A DNA stretch of 64,000 nt. Origin: Pelomyxa schiedti. Its lineage: Eukaryota; Protista; Evosea. Shown here piece by piece: positions 49,755 through 61,600 of this stretch. The stretch spans positions 16,268 to 80,267 of the forward strand of contig JAHLWZ010000206.1 of the NCBI GenBank assembly GCA_020536535.1, written 5' to 3'. Position 1 is the first letter of the stretch, and the number at the start of each line of letters is the position of its first letter. A program made the position numbers and the translations under genes. The notes below the pieces were generated by a model. It made no database searches. It saw only the letters and a list, made by a program, of their open reading frames with translations, and was not told the origin of the DNA.

Positions 49755-52700
49755 TCAAGGGATGAGGAGGGACTGGTCGTCGCCAGTGTATTCGAACACG
49801 TGGGTGGTGGAGTCGTCCCCATCAGCAAAGCCCTTGAGCACCACAACGACGAGGCCCGGGTTGCCGTCCACGCTGTGGTGGTAGCCCTTGGGGGCCGCGC
49901 ACGCCCCCGCGCCGCCGCGGTAGTGCTCGTTGCTGGTCTCGGGCGGCGCGGTGGCCTGCTTCCACGCCGTCGCGTGCGCGCCGCCCACTGTGCGCGAGCT
50001 GACCACCGCCACGACGCAGGAGGACGGGGGGCTCGTGGGCGCCGTAGCGGGCGGGATGACGAAGCCGCTGCCGCCGCCGCCCCCGGTGTCTCCCTTGGCC
50101 CCCTTGCCGCCGCTGCCTCCCTTCCAGGTCTGGCCGCCGGCGCCGCCGTACAGGCCGCCGCCGCCGCCTCCCCCGCCGTAGTCTGCCGCGCCCAGGGCCA
50201 TGCCGACGCCGTCGCCGCCCCGGAGCTTGCCGCCGGTGCTGCTCTTGCCGTCGCCCCAGCCCCCTGGGCACATCTGGGTGCCCCTCTTGCGCGGGTTCCC
50301 GTCGGCGCCGCCTTCCTCGCCGCCGCCGCCTCCCCCGAACCCGTGGGTGCTGGTGTCTACGGCGGAGCCGCCGCCGCCCCCGGCCACCACCAGGGGCACC
50401 CCCTCGAACATCACGGCGCTGCAGCCCCCTCCCCCAGCCCCGCCGCAGTAGGCCTTGATTCCCCCACACCCGCCGCTGCCGCCTCCCCCGTATGCTCTCC
50501 TGGTCGCTGGGGGGATGCTGTCCGGGCAGTCCGGGTTCCCCGCGCCGCCCTGGCCCACCACGATTGTGAGCTGCGTCCCTCGCCTCAGCACCAGCCTGGC
50601 TGTGGAGAACCCCCCTGGGCCCCCGGCCATTATGCTTCCCTGATTTGCACCGCCCGCTGCTCCCCACACAAATATCTCAACCTCCCTCACTCTCGGCAAA
50701 GCCGGCACAACAGTTCTCGGTGTTGGAACAGATGATCCAACGAGGCTCACAGCACGAACGGCAACTGAAACAGCCTCCTTTGGTTCCACAGCCACCTCGC
50801 ACTTTGTTATCTCAAAGCCTTTCACTTCAAGCATTGTATCCTGAGGAGGCTTCCTCACACCCTTGGATCCTCCACTTGTTATGGGTGTTGCTGTTGATGA
50901 GGATGGAGGCCTTAATATTGAAGAAGCTGCAGCAGCAGTAAGATGTGAGGAGACCAATACATTGTAACCCACCACTTGCTCAAACTGAGCCTGTTCCTCA
51001 TGAGGTGATGGTGGCTCCCACTGCACCACAATGATTGTATCTGTTGTCCTCTTGCACATTGGTGCCCTCCCTCCACTTGGTGGGTTTGGCAGCCTTCCTT
51101 TGTTCAGTGTTCCATAACTCTCAATAATATTGGTCAGTTCTTCAGGTGGGGTCAATATACATGTGACTGTTTTGGCTTGTTCACATGGTTCAAGCCTATG
51201 TTTGTCCTGTTGACATTGTCAGTATTTGAACCTTAAATTTTAAGCCGAAGTACCAAAAATGATTCCTTCTCAGAGAGCAAGGAAGAGAGAGTAGAGTGGG
51301 CTTGCAGAACCTCCAGAGCATTGGCTTGTTGGACAACTTCGTTCGCTTTTGAAATCAATACTTGGTGGCTTTTCATCACGGTCTCCAGTGAGTTGAATTG
51401 CACATCAAGATTGTGTGCTGCGAATGGAAAGAGTATTTTTTAGTGTGGCTTATTATTGACACTAGGAACATACTCATGAAATCTGAGAGGGACTGCGCTC
51501 TTTCATTGATCTCCTTGCACCTGTTCTCCACTGCAATTTGAATTACTTGCAAATTAGCCAGAATTGCCATGTAGCTCTCGGTAATCGTCTGTGCTTTCCC
51601 ATGTGAGAAGGAATAAATAGACTCTCAGAGGAACCTTTGACACCAGTAGTTTCTCTGTGCCAATTTTTGAAGAGGCCTCGCATTCTTTCTCAGTGATGTC
51701 ATTCAACTCCTTAGTGAACCCTTTTTTTGGACCCAATTATTACACTCAGCTCTTGAATGACTTGAGAATAAAAGCAGCATACCTTGCAAATCCAAGACCT
51801 TCTGTGGAATGCAATCAGCCAGTGGCACACTTGTGTGGCCAGTGTGTGCCTTTGCTTTTTCACACATATAGCAGATGGCTACACCACACGAGCACAGCAA
51901 GTCTCGTTCCTTGTTCTCATGGTGGGGGCATGTCATTGGTTGCTTCATTGTCCATTGAGCAATTTCAGTTGCCTGATACACTTGTTGTTGGAGTGAAACA
52001 ATCAAAGAATGAACAGAGGAGGAAAGTAGGAAACCTTGTGTGATCTGAATGAACCTCTTTGGTGGTGTTGCTTGAAGCAAGGTCCACAAAATAGCATGTT
52101 GTTGCAGGAGGCACATTTGCATGTAGCAGGTGATGCTGCAGTCATGTTGGTGGGTTCCTCGCAGCAATACTGTGCCTCACACAGTGTGGATTTGACCTGT
52201 TTGCAAGTTGAGTATTGGAGAAAAGTTTTAAAGCCTAGTGTATGCACCATTGTAGCTTTTCTGCTTTCCACAAGGGCCATCGCCACAGTGTTTGGTTCCA
52301 AGTTTTCACCTCCAATTGTTGTCTTGGTTGTAATTGAGCACCGAAGCGGGCACCTCACCTCAACTTTTTTTTTTTTTTTTTCTTTTTTGGTCAGACGTGC
52401 AGCAACTTATTAGTATGGCAACAAATGATGTATGCAGATAACAAACCAGTTGCCAAAGGAGACACGCACTCACATCGTAGATGTGCCTCCGTGCTCGCAG
52501 TGGGTGACGACGACGTTTGTGTGTGCGCAGGCAACGCCGTACGTGGGCCACCTTCCACTGAGGCCCCACGTGCCAATGCCGGCTTCGACGAAGGTGGGAC
52601 CTGCCGCCCCGCGGCGGTCAGGCCCAAGGACGAGAGCACGGAATCGGCCACGAGAGTTTCGCAAGCGCATCTGCGGCAGACTGTGTGGCCGCATGACAGG

Positions 52701-52798
52701 TACACCGGGTCACAGTACTCGCCAAGGCATACACCACACAGAACACCTGCGTCGTGAGGGCCGTCACTGGAAGCAAGAACGGTTGTTGGTCGGTACAT
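49755..52798 (-). CDS. TRIM-like protein: RING - B-boxes - coiled coil - FN3 - glycine-rich (ALK/LTK-type Gly_rich) domain
   Basis: RING: CGVCLGEYCDPVYLSCGHTVCRRC...RCPLRC. B-boxes: CKCASCNNMLFCGPCFKQHH and CPHHENKERDLLCSCGVAICYMCEKAKAHTGH. FN3: VQWEPP...YNV...VAVRAVSLVGSS. Gly-rich: IFVWGAAGG...GGPGGF...LTIVVGQGG...LVVAGGGGG...GGGGGSGFV. Confidence 0.85.
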
Positions 52799-52921
52799 CA
52801 GCAATGTGACACAAGGCAACAGACCACCCCCTCTGGAGCCGAAACGACAAATTTTGATCAAAGTTTTTGTGAAGTCTGCAGTTGCGTTCCGGCTAATAAA
52901 TCTGTTGAGAGAAAGAGGCGG

Positions 52922-54196
52922 ATGGGGAGACCAGCGGCGCAGTCTAACGGGATGCCTGGGAGGGGCAAGAAGCAGTCCAAGAAGCAGCTGCTCACCGAAT
53001 TGGCGGAAACGAAGCGCTCCGTCGGCAAGAAATCGCCGTCGTCGCCGGGCGCCAAGAGAAAGTCGCCCGCCGCGGGCGACGACGCGCAGCAGCCGAGGCG
53101 CCCGACGAAAAGCGAAGCGCCGACCGCGATGCAACTGCACCAGCGCGACCGCCAGAGGAGGAAGCGGCAGCACCTGCACAAGCTCAAGAGCATGGGCGTC
53201 ATCAAAAACCCCAAAAAGGCAGCCAAGCGCGCGTACTACGACGACCGAGAGCAGGCGAAACCTGCGGCGAGAGGGGCCGACAGCGAGCCCGCGTCCCACA
53301 AGTCCGAGCACCAGGGCGGCGGCGAGGCGAAAGCGGAGACCAGGCTGGCGAAGACGAAGGCCGCCGCAGTCGCCGCAGCCACGAAGCCCACAAAGTACAT
53401 CCCAATGAAGCCCAAAGGCAGCAAAACCAAGGCCGCCCTCAAGGCTCACCAAGACGACCAGACAAAGGCGCTTCGCCCCGCCTTGAGCTCCACCAAGCCC
53501 ACGGCTCGCGCTGCACCGGCAGCGGCAGCACCAGCAGCTCCAGGCCCCGCAGCGAAAAATCAACCGTCAGCACAGCCGGCACGAAGCGGCAAGAGGGGAG
53601 ACTTCGAGGTTGTTCCTGAGGAGGGCGGAGAAGCAGGCCCTAAGGCTGCTGATGATTCTGATGGCGCACCCAAGGGGAAGGAACGCCCAAAGTACTCGAA
53701 GGGATTTGACTTACCTGTAGGCATTCGTGTAGTTCGATATCCACTATTTGTAATATATAGGAAATAGCGCAATAAGTTCATGCATTGCTCGAACTCCTTC
53801 TCGCGAGTTATAATTTGATCAAAGAAAGAGAGTCGATGTTACTTCTCTTTTCCTTTTGCTTGGCAGAAGAAGTAATATTTGCATACTAGACAGATGTCAC
53901 GATGAACATCATTGAGAACGTCAATCAAACTCACGACAACAAAGCCAAAGCAAAAGCAGTCAAACAGGCACATAGCCTAAACTTTTTCTTGGTAGCTTCC
54001 CTCTAAACTTCTTTCACAGGAGGCTGTGACGAAAATCCAAAAGGCCAAAAAGAAAAAGCTGCAACTAGCAAAGGAGAGGCGGGACAAACTCAGAAGCAAA
54101 ATAATCGGTGAGGTTCTGGACCGCAAAGCAGATGAAATTAAAAAAACAGGCCGCGGAAACCCCACTATCGAAAGACTACTACAAAAACACCTGTAA
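52922..54196 (+). CDS. Basic Lys/Arg-rich protein, possibly nucleolar (weak Loc1-like C-terminus)
   Basis: GC-rich first exon MGRPAAQSNGMPGRGKKQSKKQLL... Later exons give TMNIIENVNQTHDNKAKAKAVKQ-EAVTKIQKAKKKKLQLAKERRDKLRSK. Function is inference. Confidence 0.5.
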
Positions 54197-54245
54197 AAAT
54201 CAAGAGTAAAACGAGCCAAATTCCTTCATCTTTTTTTTGTTTCCC

Positions 54246-56402
54246 TCATGGAGCAACAAGCATTTTGCTTCTCACAAAAGCAATGGCGGCATCCTTCACT
54301 TTCTGTATGGTTTCAGGTGTGCCATTCACTTTCTCGTACTCGAGATACTTCTTGAAGAAGAACTTCATCTTAAAAGGAGAAAGCTTCAGCATAATTGCTC
54401 TCTCAAATAAGTTTCTATTTGTTTTGTGTGGTGGGAAAATGTGAGATGATGAAATGTCAAAGCCAAATGTACCTGATTGTTGCGGGTGTCCCTTTCATTT
54501 TCTCCATGTCAATATAGACTGACCACACATCAATTCGCCTGGGGTAATTACTTATGATTCCCTCGAAAATAGTCCGACCTGTTGTTATGGGTGTAAGTTC
54601 CTTCTTGAAGAGTGGCGAAATAAACCTCTCTCAGGGCTTCCATATTTGAATTCCATTATAGCAAATTTTTCTATTACCTTTAAATCTGTTGTGCACATGA
54701 GACAACAAAAAGGTACGGTGAAGGAAAGGTACACACGCTTTTTTTTTGGTAGAGTATTTAACGCTTTTGTTAGAAGTTGCTGCTGCTGAACGTGTGAGCC
54801 GTTTTTTAGAAGGAACGTGCCATACTTCACCCATACTTTCCCACACTGTGAATATTTTGTTATAAGCTTTTTATACGCTTCTTCAGCCAAATCCGTGTGC
54901 CCTGAGTGTTCTTGTATGAAAGCAAGCTGTTGATATATCAGTTTGCCATTGCTTTCTTGAGCTGCTTGAGTGACCACCTGAATGCAGGTTCTCCCGGTGA
55001 ATACTAATATAGGCACAAACTGAACGTACATTTTCTAGTGTGAGAGGTGTGCCGTACTTCACCTCCAGGTTAATCCATGCTATCCAAACATTGTACTTCT
55101 CTTTTTCCTCTGTTACCATAATTCTCTAGGGGGATGTTGGTGAATCTCTCAATGCCCACCCCATCCCATCTCGCTTAAAGAAAGAAACCTTCAGTGCACG
55201 CCTGGCAACAGTCCTTGCTTTATCAATTTCTCCCATAGAAACCTACAACCTTTAAGCACGCAACTACAGAAATGACGAACTCACCCAAAAGGCCATGTAC
55301 TTGATCCATATAAAGGAACTGGAAGGAGAGCCAAGCAGAACACGATCAAAATCTGGAGTTGTATGTAAGCTACAGCATCACTATTACCCATACCTGCTGC
55401 AGTCTCAGGAGCTTTTTGATTTGCTAATTCAATTTCACGCTGTATAAAATGAGGATGCAGTTTCACAAAAAAAAGGGAGATACCCTAGAAACATCCTCCT
55501 CATGTTTTTCTCGTGCTAGTTTTGCCTCTTTCTTCTTCAGAGAAATCATAAGTTTGTCTACTTTCGCGGGTTTTGGAGGTGTTTGTTGACGAGGTTGGGA
55601 CTGTCGAGCCGGGTTCTTGGCAGGAGTGGGTTTTGATTGAGGTACGGATGTGGGTGCAGATACAGTTGTAGCTCTAGTCAAAGGTTGACTGCAGGAAAGA
55701 AAACTGAGGTTAATCAAGAAGCTATGAAATTGAGTTACCTGGGCTGTGTGCCCCATTCGAAACCAACAGAAGAAATGACAGTTGGGGTGGGGTTAGCTTC
55801 TTCCGACCGCCGTTCTTCCACTGGGTCTACAGAGTCACTTTCCGGTTCGTCCTTAATTTTTGGCTTGGGTGTGCTTGATGCCGTCTTAGGTGTGGCAGCA
55901 CTTTTTTCCTTTGGTTTGGCATCTGGTGTAGATGTTTTTTTGAGTGCCGTGGATTTCAATGGAATTTGCGTGTTTGTAGTTTGTGGTGTTGGCAGTGGCT
56001 CCTCTTGCTTTATTTCCAGAGGGTGTATGTGTTTAGTAGCCGTTTCTTTCTTTGATACGACCTTGCTAAAGCGTTAGAAAAACCAACCCTCGCATTTGTC
56101 AATTTCAAAAGGTGGGTTACTTTTCTCCTTTTGTTAGTCGTTTCCGTCTTGCTCGAGGGCGTCGTTGTCGGCTTGGTTAGATCTGCTTTTTCGGAAGGTC
56201 CTCGTTTGCTCCCGGCGATTTTCGCCTCTGCAGCGACTTGTGTATGCGGCCTAGTGGGGGCAGTCTCATCTGCGCAACCATCATCAGAGAGATCTTCGAG
56301 TTTTACTTCCACGGGCTTGCTGCCGGTTGTTTTTGTTGCTGTTTGCGCCGATTTTGGCTTTTTGGGCGCGACGGCGGTCCCCTTACGAGCTCGTGCTTTC
56401 AT
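54246..56402 (-). CDS. RRP5: RRP5 C-terminal HAT/TPR-repeat moiety, apparently encoded as a stand-alone gene
   Basis: GFEWG, [108 protein letters not shown]. It has its own ATG at 56402 with an upstream in-frame stop, and no S1 domains. Confidence 0.85.
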
Positions 56403-56618
56403 CTCCCCTCGTGTTCAAATTAATTAACAACACCTGCAACTGAATGGAATAGGAATTATTTATTGTTTCGTCTCGTTTGGTTTTGGGTGAAAGAAGATCT
56501 GGATATCGGTCCCTGAGACAAGTTTTCCGGGGTCAGTCCTTCGACTTCTGGTTGCTCTACTTTGGGAACAACTATCACAAAGAGGTTGAAAATAAGTTAT
56601 TTTACAGTCTACTACAAT

Positions 56619-57659
56619 TTACGGGAAGCCCTCTGAGGGGAACAGTGAGACGGAAGTGAGTACTTCCACCATGTCCGAGGGGTACTCCAGCTCCAGTGGT
56701 GTCGGGTACAGAACAATGTCGTCCCACCATGGGGAAACAGGTGGCGGTACGTTCGTCACTGGAGAGCCCCCGTAAGGACTCGGAACCGTGGTAGGATGCA
56801 CAGGAGGATGCACTTGAGGTTGCTTGTAATCTCCTGGTGGATATACACCCAACGGATTGTTTTCTACCAAGTTGTCAGCTGGTAGTGGATGATCCTGAGA
56901 TTGAGGGCTTTGTTCTTGAGTATGTTGGGGTTCCACTTGGGTCTCAGCTGGGATTTGTTGGACCTGGCCCTCGGTGCTCTCTGGGTACCCCTCAAAAGCT
57001 CGGGTAGCGGATATTTGTGGAGATTGTTGCAAAGCCGGCAATGGGGTGCTCACATTGGGACAAGGAATAGACGGGCCGTTACGTGAGGCCTTGACACAAA
57101 CATCACAGTAACATGTACACTGGGGAGTTGGTGTAGAATTCTTGTTGACAGGTTCTGTGTCTAGTACTTTTGATCAGAACCAACCATTAAGAATACTGGG
57201 AGAAAGATACCAAGGATGTACGGAGTGAAAATCCAACCTTGTTCTGTCTTCACAAGAATCCGCAACTGCAGATTCCCATCAAACACAGTCTTGTTGTTAC
57301 GTTTCGTAATGTTTACGAAACATAACTGTACGCCACGTTGTCCTTGGACTGTGTCTACTTTCGCTTAAGTTGAAGAAATGAAGAATGAGAAGAGAAAAAC
57401 CTGACATTTCTAAGAAAGTACCCTTCTGGAGGGCGAGCTGCGGAACACCAGGGTTTTGGACAGACCGAAAAATGAGTGTCTTCAGCTGTCCGTCCTTGGG
57501 CATGTAACACGTGGAGAAAGTTTCTTCTTGAAGTGCAGGTGCCGTCTCAATGCCACACATGGTCAGGATGTTGTCGGGGACCGAGAGATACTTCTCCCAG
57601 TTGGCTTGTATTTTGGGCCTCAGTGTCGTGTTGAAGCGCTGGCATCGGAGCCCACGCAT
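56619..57659 (-). CDS. Hypothetical spliced protein with Pro/Gln-rich C-terminus
   Basis: ATG at 57659 (MRGLRCQRFNTTLRPK...), exon ORFs 57297-57659 and 56619-57053, CTCYCDVC motif. No family recognised. Confidence 0.55.
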
Positions 57660-57919
57660 TTGATTTGTGATGTTTGGCTTTCGGTAGCTTTTCCCGTTAC
57701 GTCTCCTGAAAAATTAAGCGTAAGCGTTTCTGAAGGGGAAAAAACGCGACAACCTGACGTGCTTTGGCTTCGTTGTTGTAGACGACATACCGGCTGCCGT
57801 TTACTTACTCTATCACCTGGATTTTTTGTGTTTTATTTCTTGTGTTTCTCGGGCTTAAAAGCCTTCCGTCATCCAGCCTGAGAATCAAAGCCTGCTGCCG
57901 TTGAACGCCGAAACTATTA

Positions 57920-58610
57920 ATGGTGCTCAGTCTCCCCGGGACAATGACTGAGCCTGTGCCCACAATACTGCCCTCGTACCACCATAACCACACCCAGTGT
58001 GATTTTTGCGTTTTTTAAGTGGTTTGTCCTTACAGGGACAATCACCCATCTATTGGGTGGAAATTCTTCGGTGGTAGTGAGGAAACAAGTTGTCGGCTTC
58101 TTTAACTTCTGTTTCGCCGAAAACTCGTTCATATGAAAAGTGTCTGTCGGCAGTCGAGGAGACGCTTGCGGCAAGCGTATCGACACGCCGTGGCGTTAAA
58201 CCACACATTTTTGTCTGTGAGTGACTAATTGTGGGTCCTTGCGGTAGGTTCATGATTAAAATTTTAGAGACTAATTGCCCTTGAAAGAGTCGATTATTCT
58301 TGCGGTGTACTAACCAAGAAATCTGCCATTTCAGCACAAAGGAATGCCTTATCAAGAAAGAAAGGGTTTGTTTGTTCTTTAGAACTTCAGACATACAATC
58401 TTTCCCATGAACCCTTAAGGAAATATTCGAACATCAAGGGACCCAATGCAGGGAGGAAATAACAAAGACACCTAGATGTGCCCATGCCCAAATTGCTAGT
58501 GATCCCACAGCCCAACATTGGACTTCTGCTTCTGGAGCTTTATTGCGCACCTCACACCAAGGGACTGCACTGTACTCGTTCATAAGTGTTCTTGGTAAAA
58601 CAAATTTTGA
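57920..58610 (+). CDS. Possible small spliced hypothetical gene
   Basis: ATG ~57920 and exon-like segments ending LKEIFEHQGTQCREEITKTPRCAHAQ...SVLGKTKF*. Exon structure is unresolved. Confidence 0.25.
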
Positions 58611-58613
58611 AAT

Positions 58614-61600
58614 TTAAATTTTTGAATTCCGCAATTCGTTTTTCAATGCCATAACAAAAGGGCTAAGGAGGTTGTATTAACAAGACAGTTGTTGTGCCAA
58701 AGTAGCCTAGAGGTTAACACATCCCAGTACTGATGAAGCTGTGCTTGATGGAGGAGTTGTAGCATCAGGTAATTCTTTTTCTTCCTGATCACTTTGTGTT
58801 GTTGGTGGTGCCACAGCCCCCGCATCGGCATCGGCAGCAGGCTCCAGGGGTGGTTGTGTGTCCTGGGCTTGTTGCTGCGGCTGCTGTGAGTCTGTGGGTT
58901 GTTCTGGCTCTGAGAATGCTGCGCTTTGGTATTGATCCTGGTTCTCCTCAATTCTCACTGCTTCTAATGTTGGGTCTCTTTCCAGTTCCGGGGCTTGTTC
59001 TTGCTCCTCTGTTGGTGCTGCCATCTCCAGCTCCTGGGAGGGGACTCTTTCTCGCTCCGTTGTTGACGTGGGTGCTGGTTGTGTCACTGGCTCATTCTCC
59101 TGATCTTGTTCTTGTTCTTGTTCTGGTACTTGCTCTTGATTGTTGCCTGCGTCTTGAGATTGTTTGTCGGCTTGCTCCACGGCTTGTTCACTTACTTCGG
59201 AAATAGTTACCATTTCTGGGTCTGGCTCTTGTCTTGTGACTGGTGCTGACACAACCACTCCCTGCTGAGTAGGCGGCTCTTTCTCCTGCTCCCGTTCCAT
59301 TGTTTCCAACACTCTCACAGGTTCTTCACTTTTTTGTTGGTTTTCAGGTTGTTCTCCCCGAGGCTCTGGCTCTTTGTCGGGGGCCTTTCCTTCCCCATGC
59401 TCTTGCTCTTTTCCTTCATGTTCCTTCACTTTCTGCTGCTCCAGTTCTTGATATTGTTGTGGCTCCGGCTCCTGTTCGCTTGTTTGTTCCATCTGTATCT
59501 CTTGTTCTTGGTTCAGTCCCTTTTCTCTCTGTTGTTCTTGATCTTGATTTCGTTCCAACTCTTGGTTACACTCATCTTCTCGTGCGCTGGAGGGAACAAG
59601 AACGAGTTCTTTGTTGTTTTGCTCCTCTCCTTGCTGTAGGGTCATCGCATTTGGTGATGTACCAACTTGTGCTGTGGAATCTTGTGACTGTTCTTCCCTA
59701 GGCTGCTCCAACTCCAGGTTTTGTTGCTCTTGTTGTCTTTGTTCTCTCACTTTCCCCAATTCCAATTCTTCCATTTTCTGTTGCTGCTGACCAACTTCTT
59801 TTTCCCATTGCTCTTCCTGGTCCTCTCCCCGCTCTATTTGCCCAGGTGCAGCAGTCATTGTGGCATCTCGAAGTGTGGGATTGGATTCCGGGATATTTTC
59901 CACCACATTTTGTTTGGCTTCTGATTCTTTCTGATGCAGGTCTACCGCCGGGCTAGTGTCAGTGGTTGGCGTGGTAGGGGACTCCTCGTTTGGTTCTTGA
60001 TCTTTCAGTTCTTGGCTCTCCTCTTGCTCTTCTTTTTCTTTGGCTTTGGTTTCTTCTTGGGGTTCTTCGAAAACTAGGCTGTGTTCTTGTTCTATGTTGT
60101 GTTCCTGTTCTTGGTCATGCTGCTGTTTTTGTTCTTGTTGTGGTTGCGCATTGTTTTGTTGTTCTGTTTCTTGTGCTTGATTCTGTTGTGCTTCACCTTC
60201 ATCGGGATTATTAGGTTGTAGAGGTCTTTGCTCCTCCGGTTGTGTTGGTACTTGTTCTTGTGGTTGTTCTTGTATATGTTCTTGGTGTTGCTCTTCATTT
60301 AGTTTTGATTGTGCTTGTCTTTGTTCTCGTTGAAGTTGTGGCTCTTGTGTTTGTTCTTTTAGTGGTGGATGAGGTTTTATGGGTGTTTTTATCGGTGATG
60401 AGGGTTTTGTACTATCCACTGTGATTGATATCTCAGCTGTGCCTACTGGCACTTCGTGCTCTGTGGGTGTTGCGGTTATTGATATTGCCTCCTTTTCAAC
60501 TTGTTGGGTTGGAACATGAGTGACTTGCAGTTTTCTTCTTTTAACGGATCCGGGTTGGGTGATTACAGTCCGATCCTTTGAGGCAATGATTGGAACCTTT
60601 TTATTAACAAAAGAGACCTTCTTGGTTGTGAGAGATTTCGTCTTGGAACTTTTCGTTTGGCCTGGTGCAGACTCCTTTTTCATATTGGAGGTTGTAGTTT
60701 CCACCTTAGCCACAGCGGATTTCTCTGTAATCCGCTTTGTGGCTGCAGGGGCTTTCTTTACCTTTGTGTGTGTACTTTCCTCTTGTGTTGGCAATGCCAG
60801 TTCGGTTTGGTTATGTGTAACTTTGGACTTAGAGGCTCTGGATTCTGTCTTTTTATTTGGTACATCAGATTGCTTCTAAGGAATCGTCATTATTTGGACA
60901 ACGGTAAAACAGAGGACATACAAGTTGCAATTCTAACTTTCCAGTATCCACTGATTGAACGATACATTCAACTACAGTGCCCACAGAGAGTTGCCCTTCT
61001 TGAGAAGTGTAAGATTATTTTCATTACAGCTTTATTATCCACACCGAGAGGAGGGGGAGCAAATCCAACTATATCTTGGAACAGATGAACTTTGGTAAAG
61101 GAGGACTGTATTTGGTTGATTACTTGTAGGAAAAGCCAATTTTAGATGCAAATTGGAAAATTACTGATGCAGAGGTAACAATTCCATGTTGGACCATCCC
61201 TGGGTGCAAATCCGAGAATCTGTTTTGTTGATTGGTTGGCTTACTCCTTTTCCCCTTCCCCTTTTTACCGCTGGGGCACTTGATGCGGACTTGAGATAAG
61301 TTCCTTCTTGCAGGTGGCAATAATGCAGTTTAGGTGGTGCGCCCAGATCTGCAATTCTTCAGCAAACTCTAGTTTATGTTGTAAAAAATTCAGCATACCC
61401 TAGCTCCAACTGTCATCCCTCCTAGTGACTTAGAGGGTGCAGGTAACTCGGGAGGCCAGTGCAGATGTTTACAAATCACTAGGAAGTGTTTGCTTATGAT
61501 ATAACTTAATGAGATGGGGCACCATTCAAAGAATTTCCAATTTTCATCCAAATTCCTTGATTATCTACTTTCTGTACTGTTCCAACAACATTCGTACCAG

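Noticed and set aside
58152-58184. Short palindrome acgcttgc-g-gcaagcgt
   Set aside because: An 8-bp stem is compatible with chance; no supporting context.
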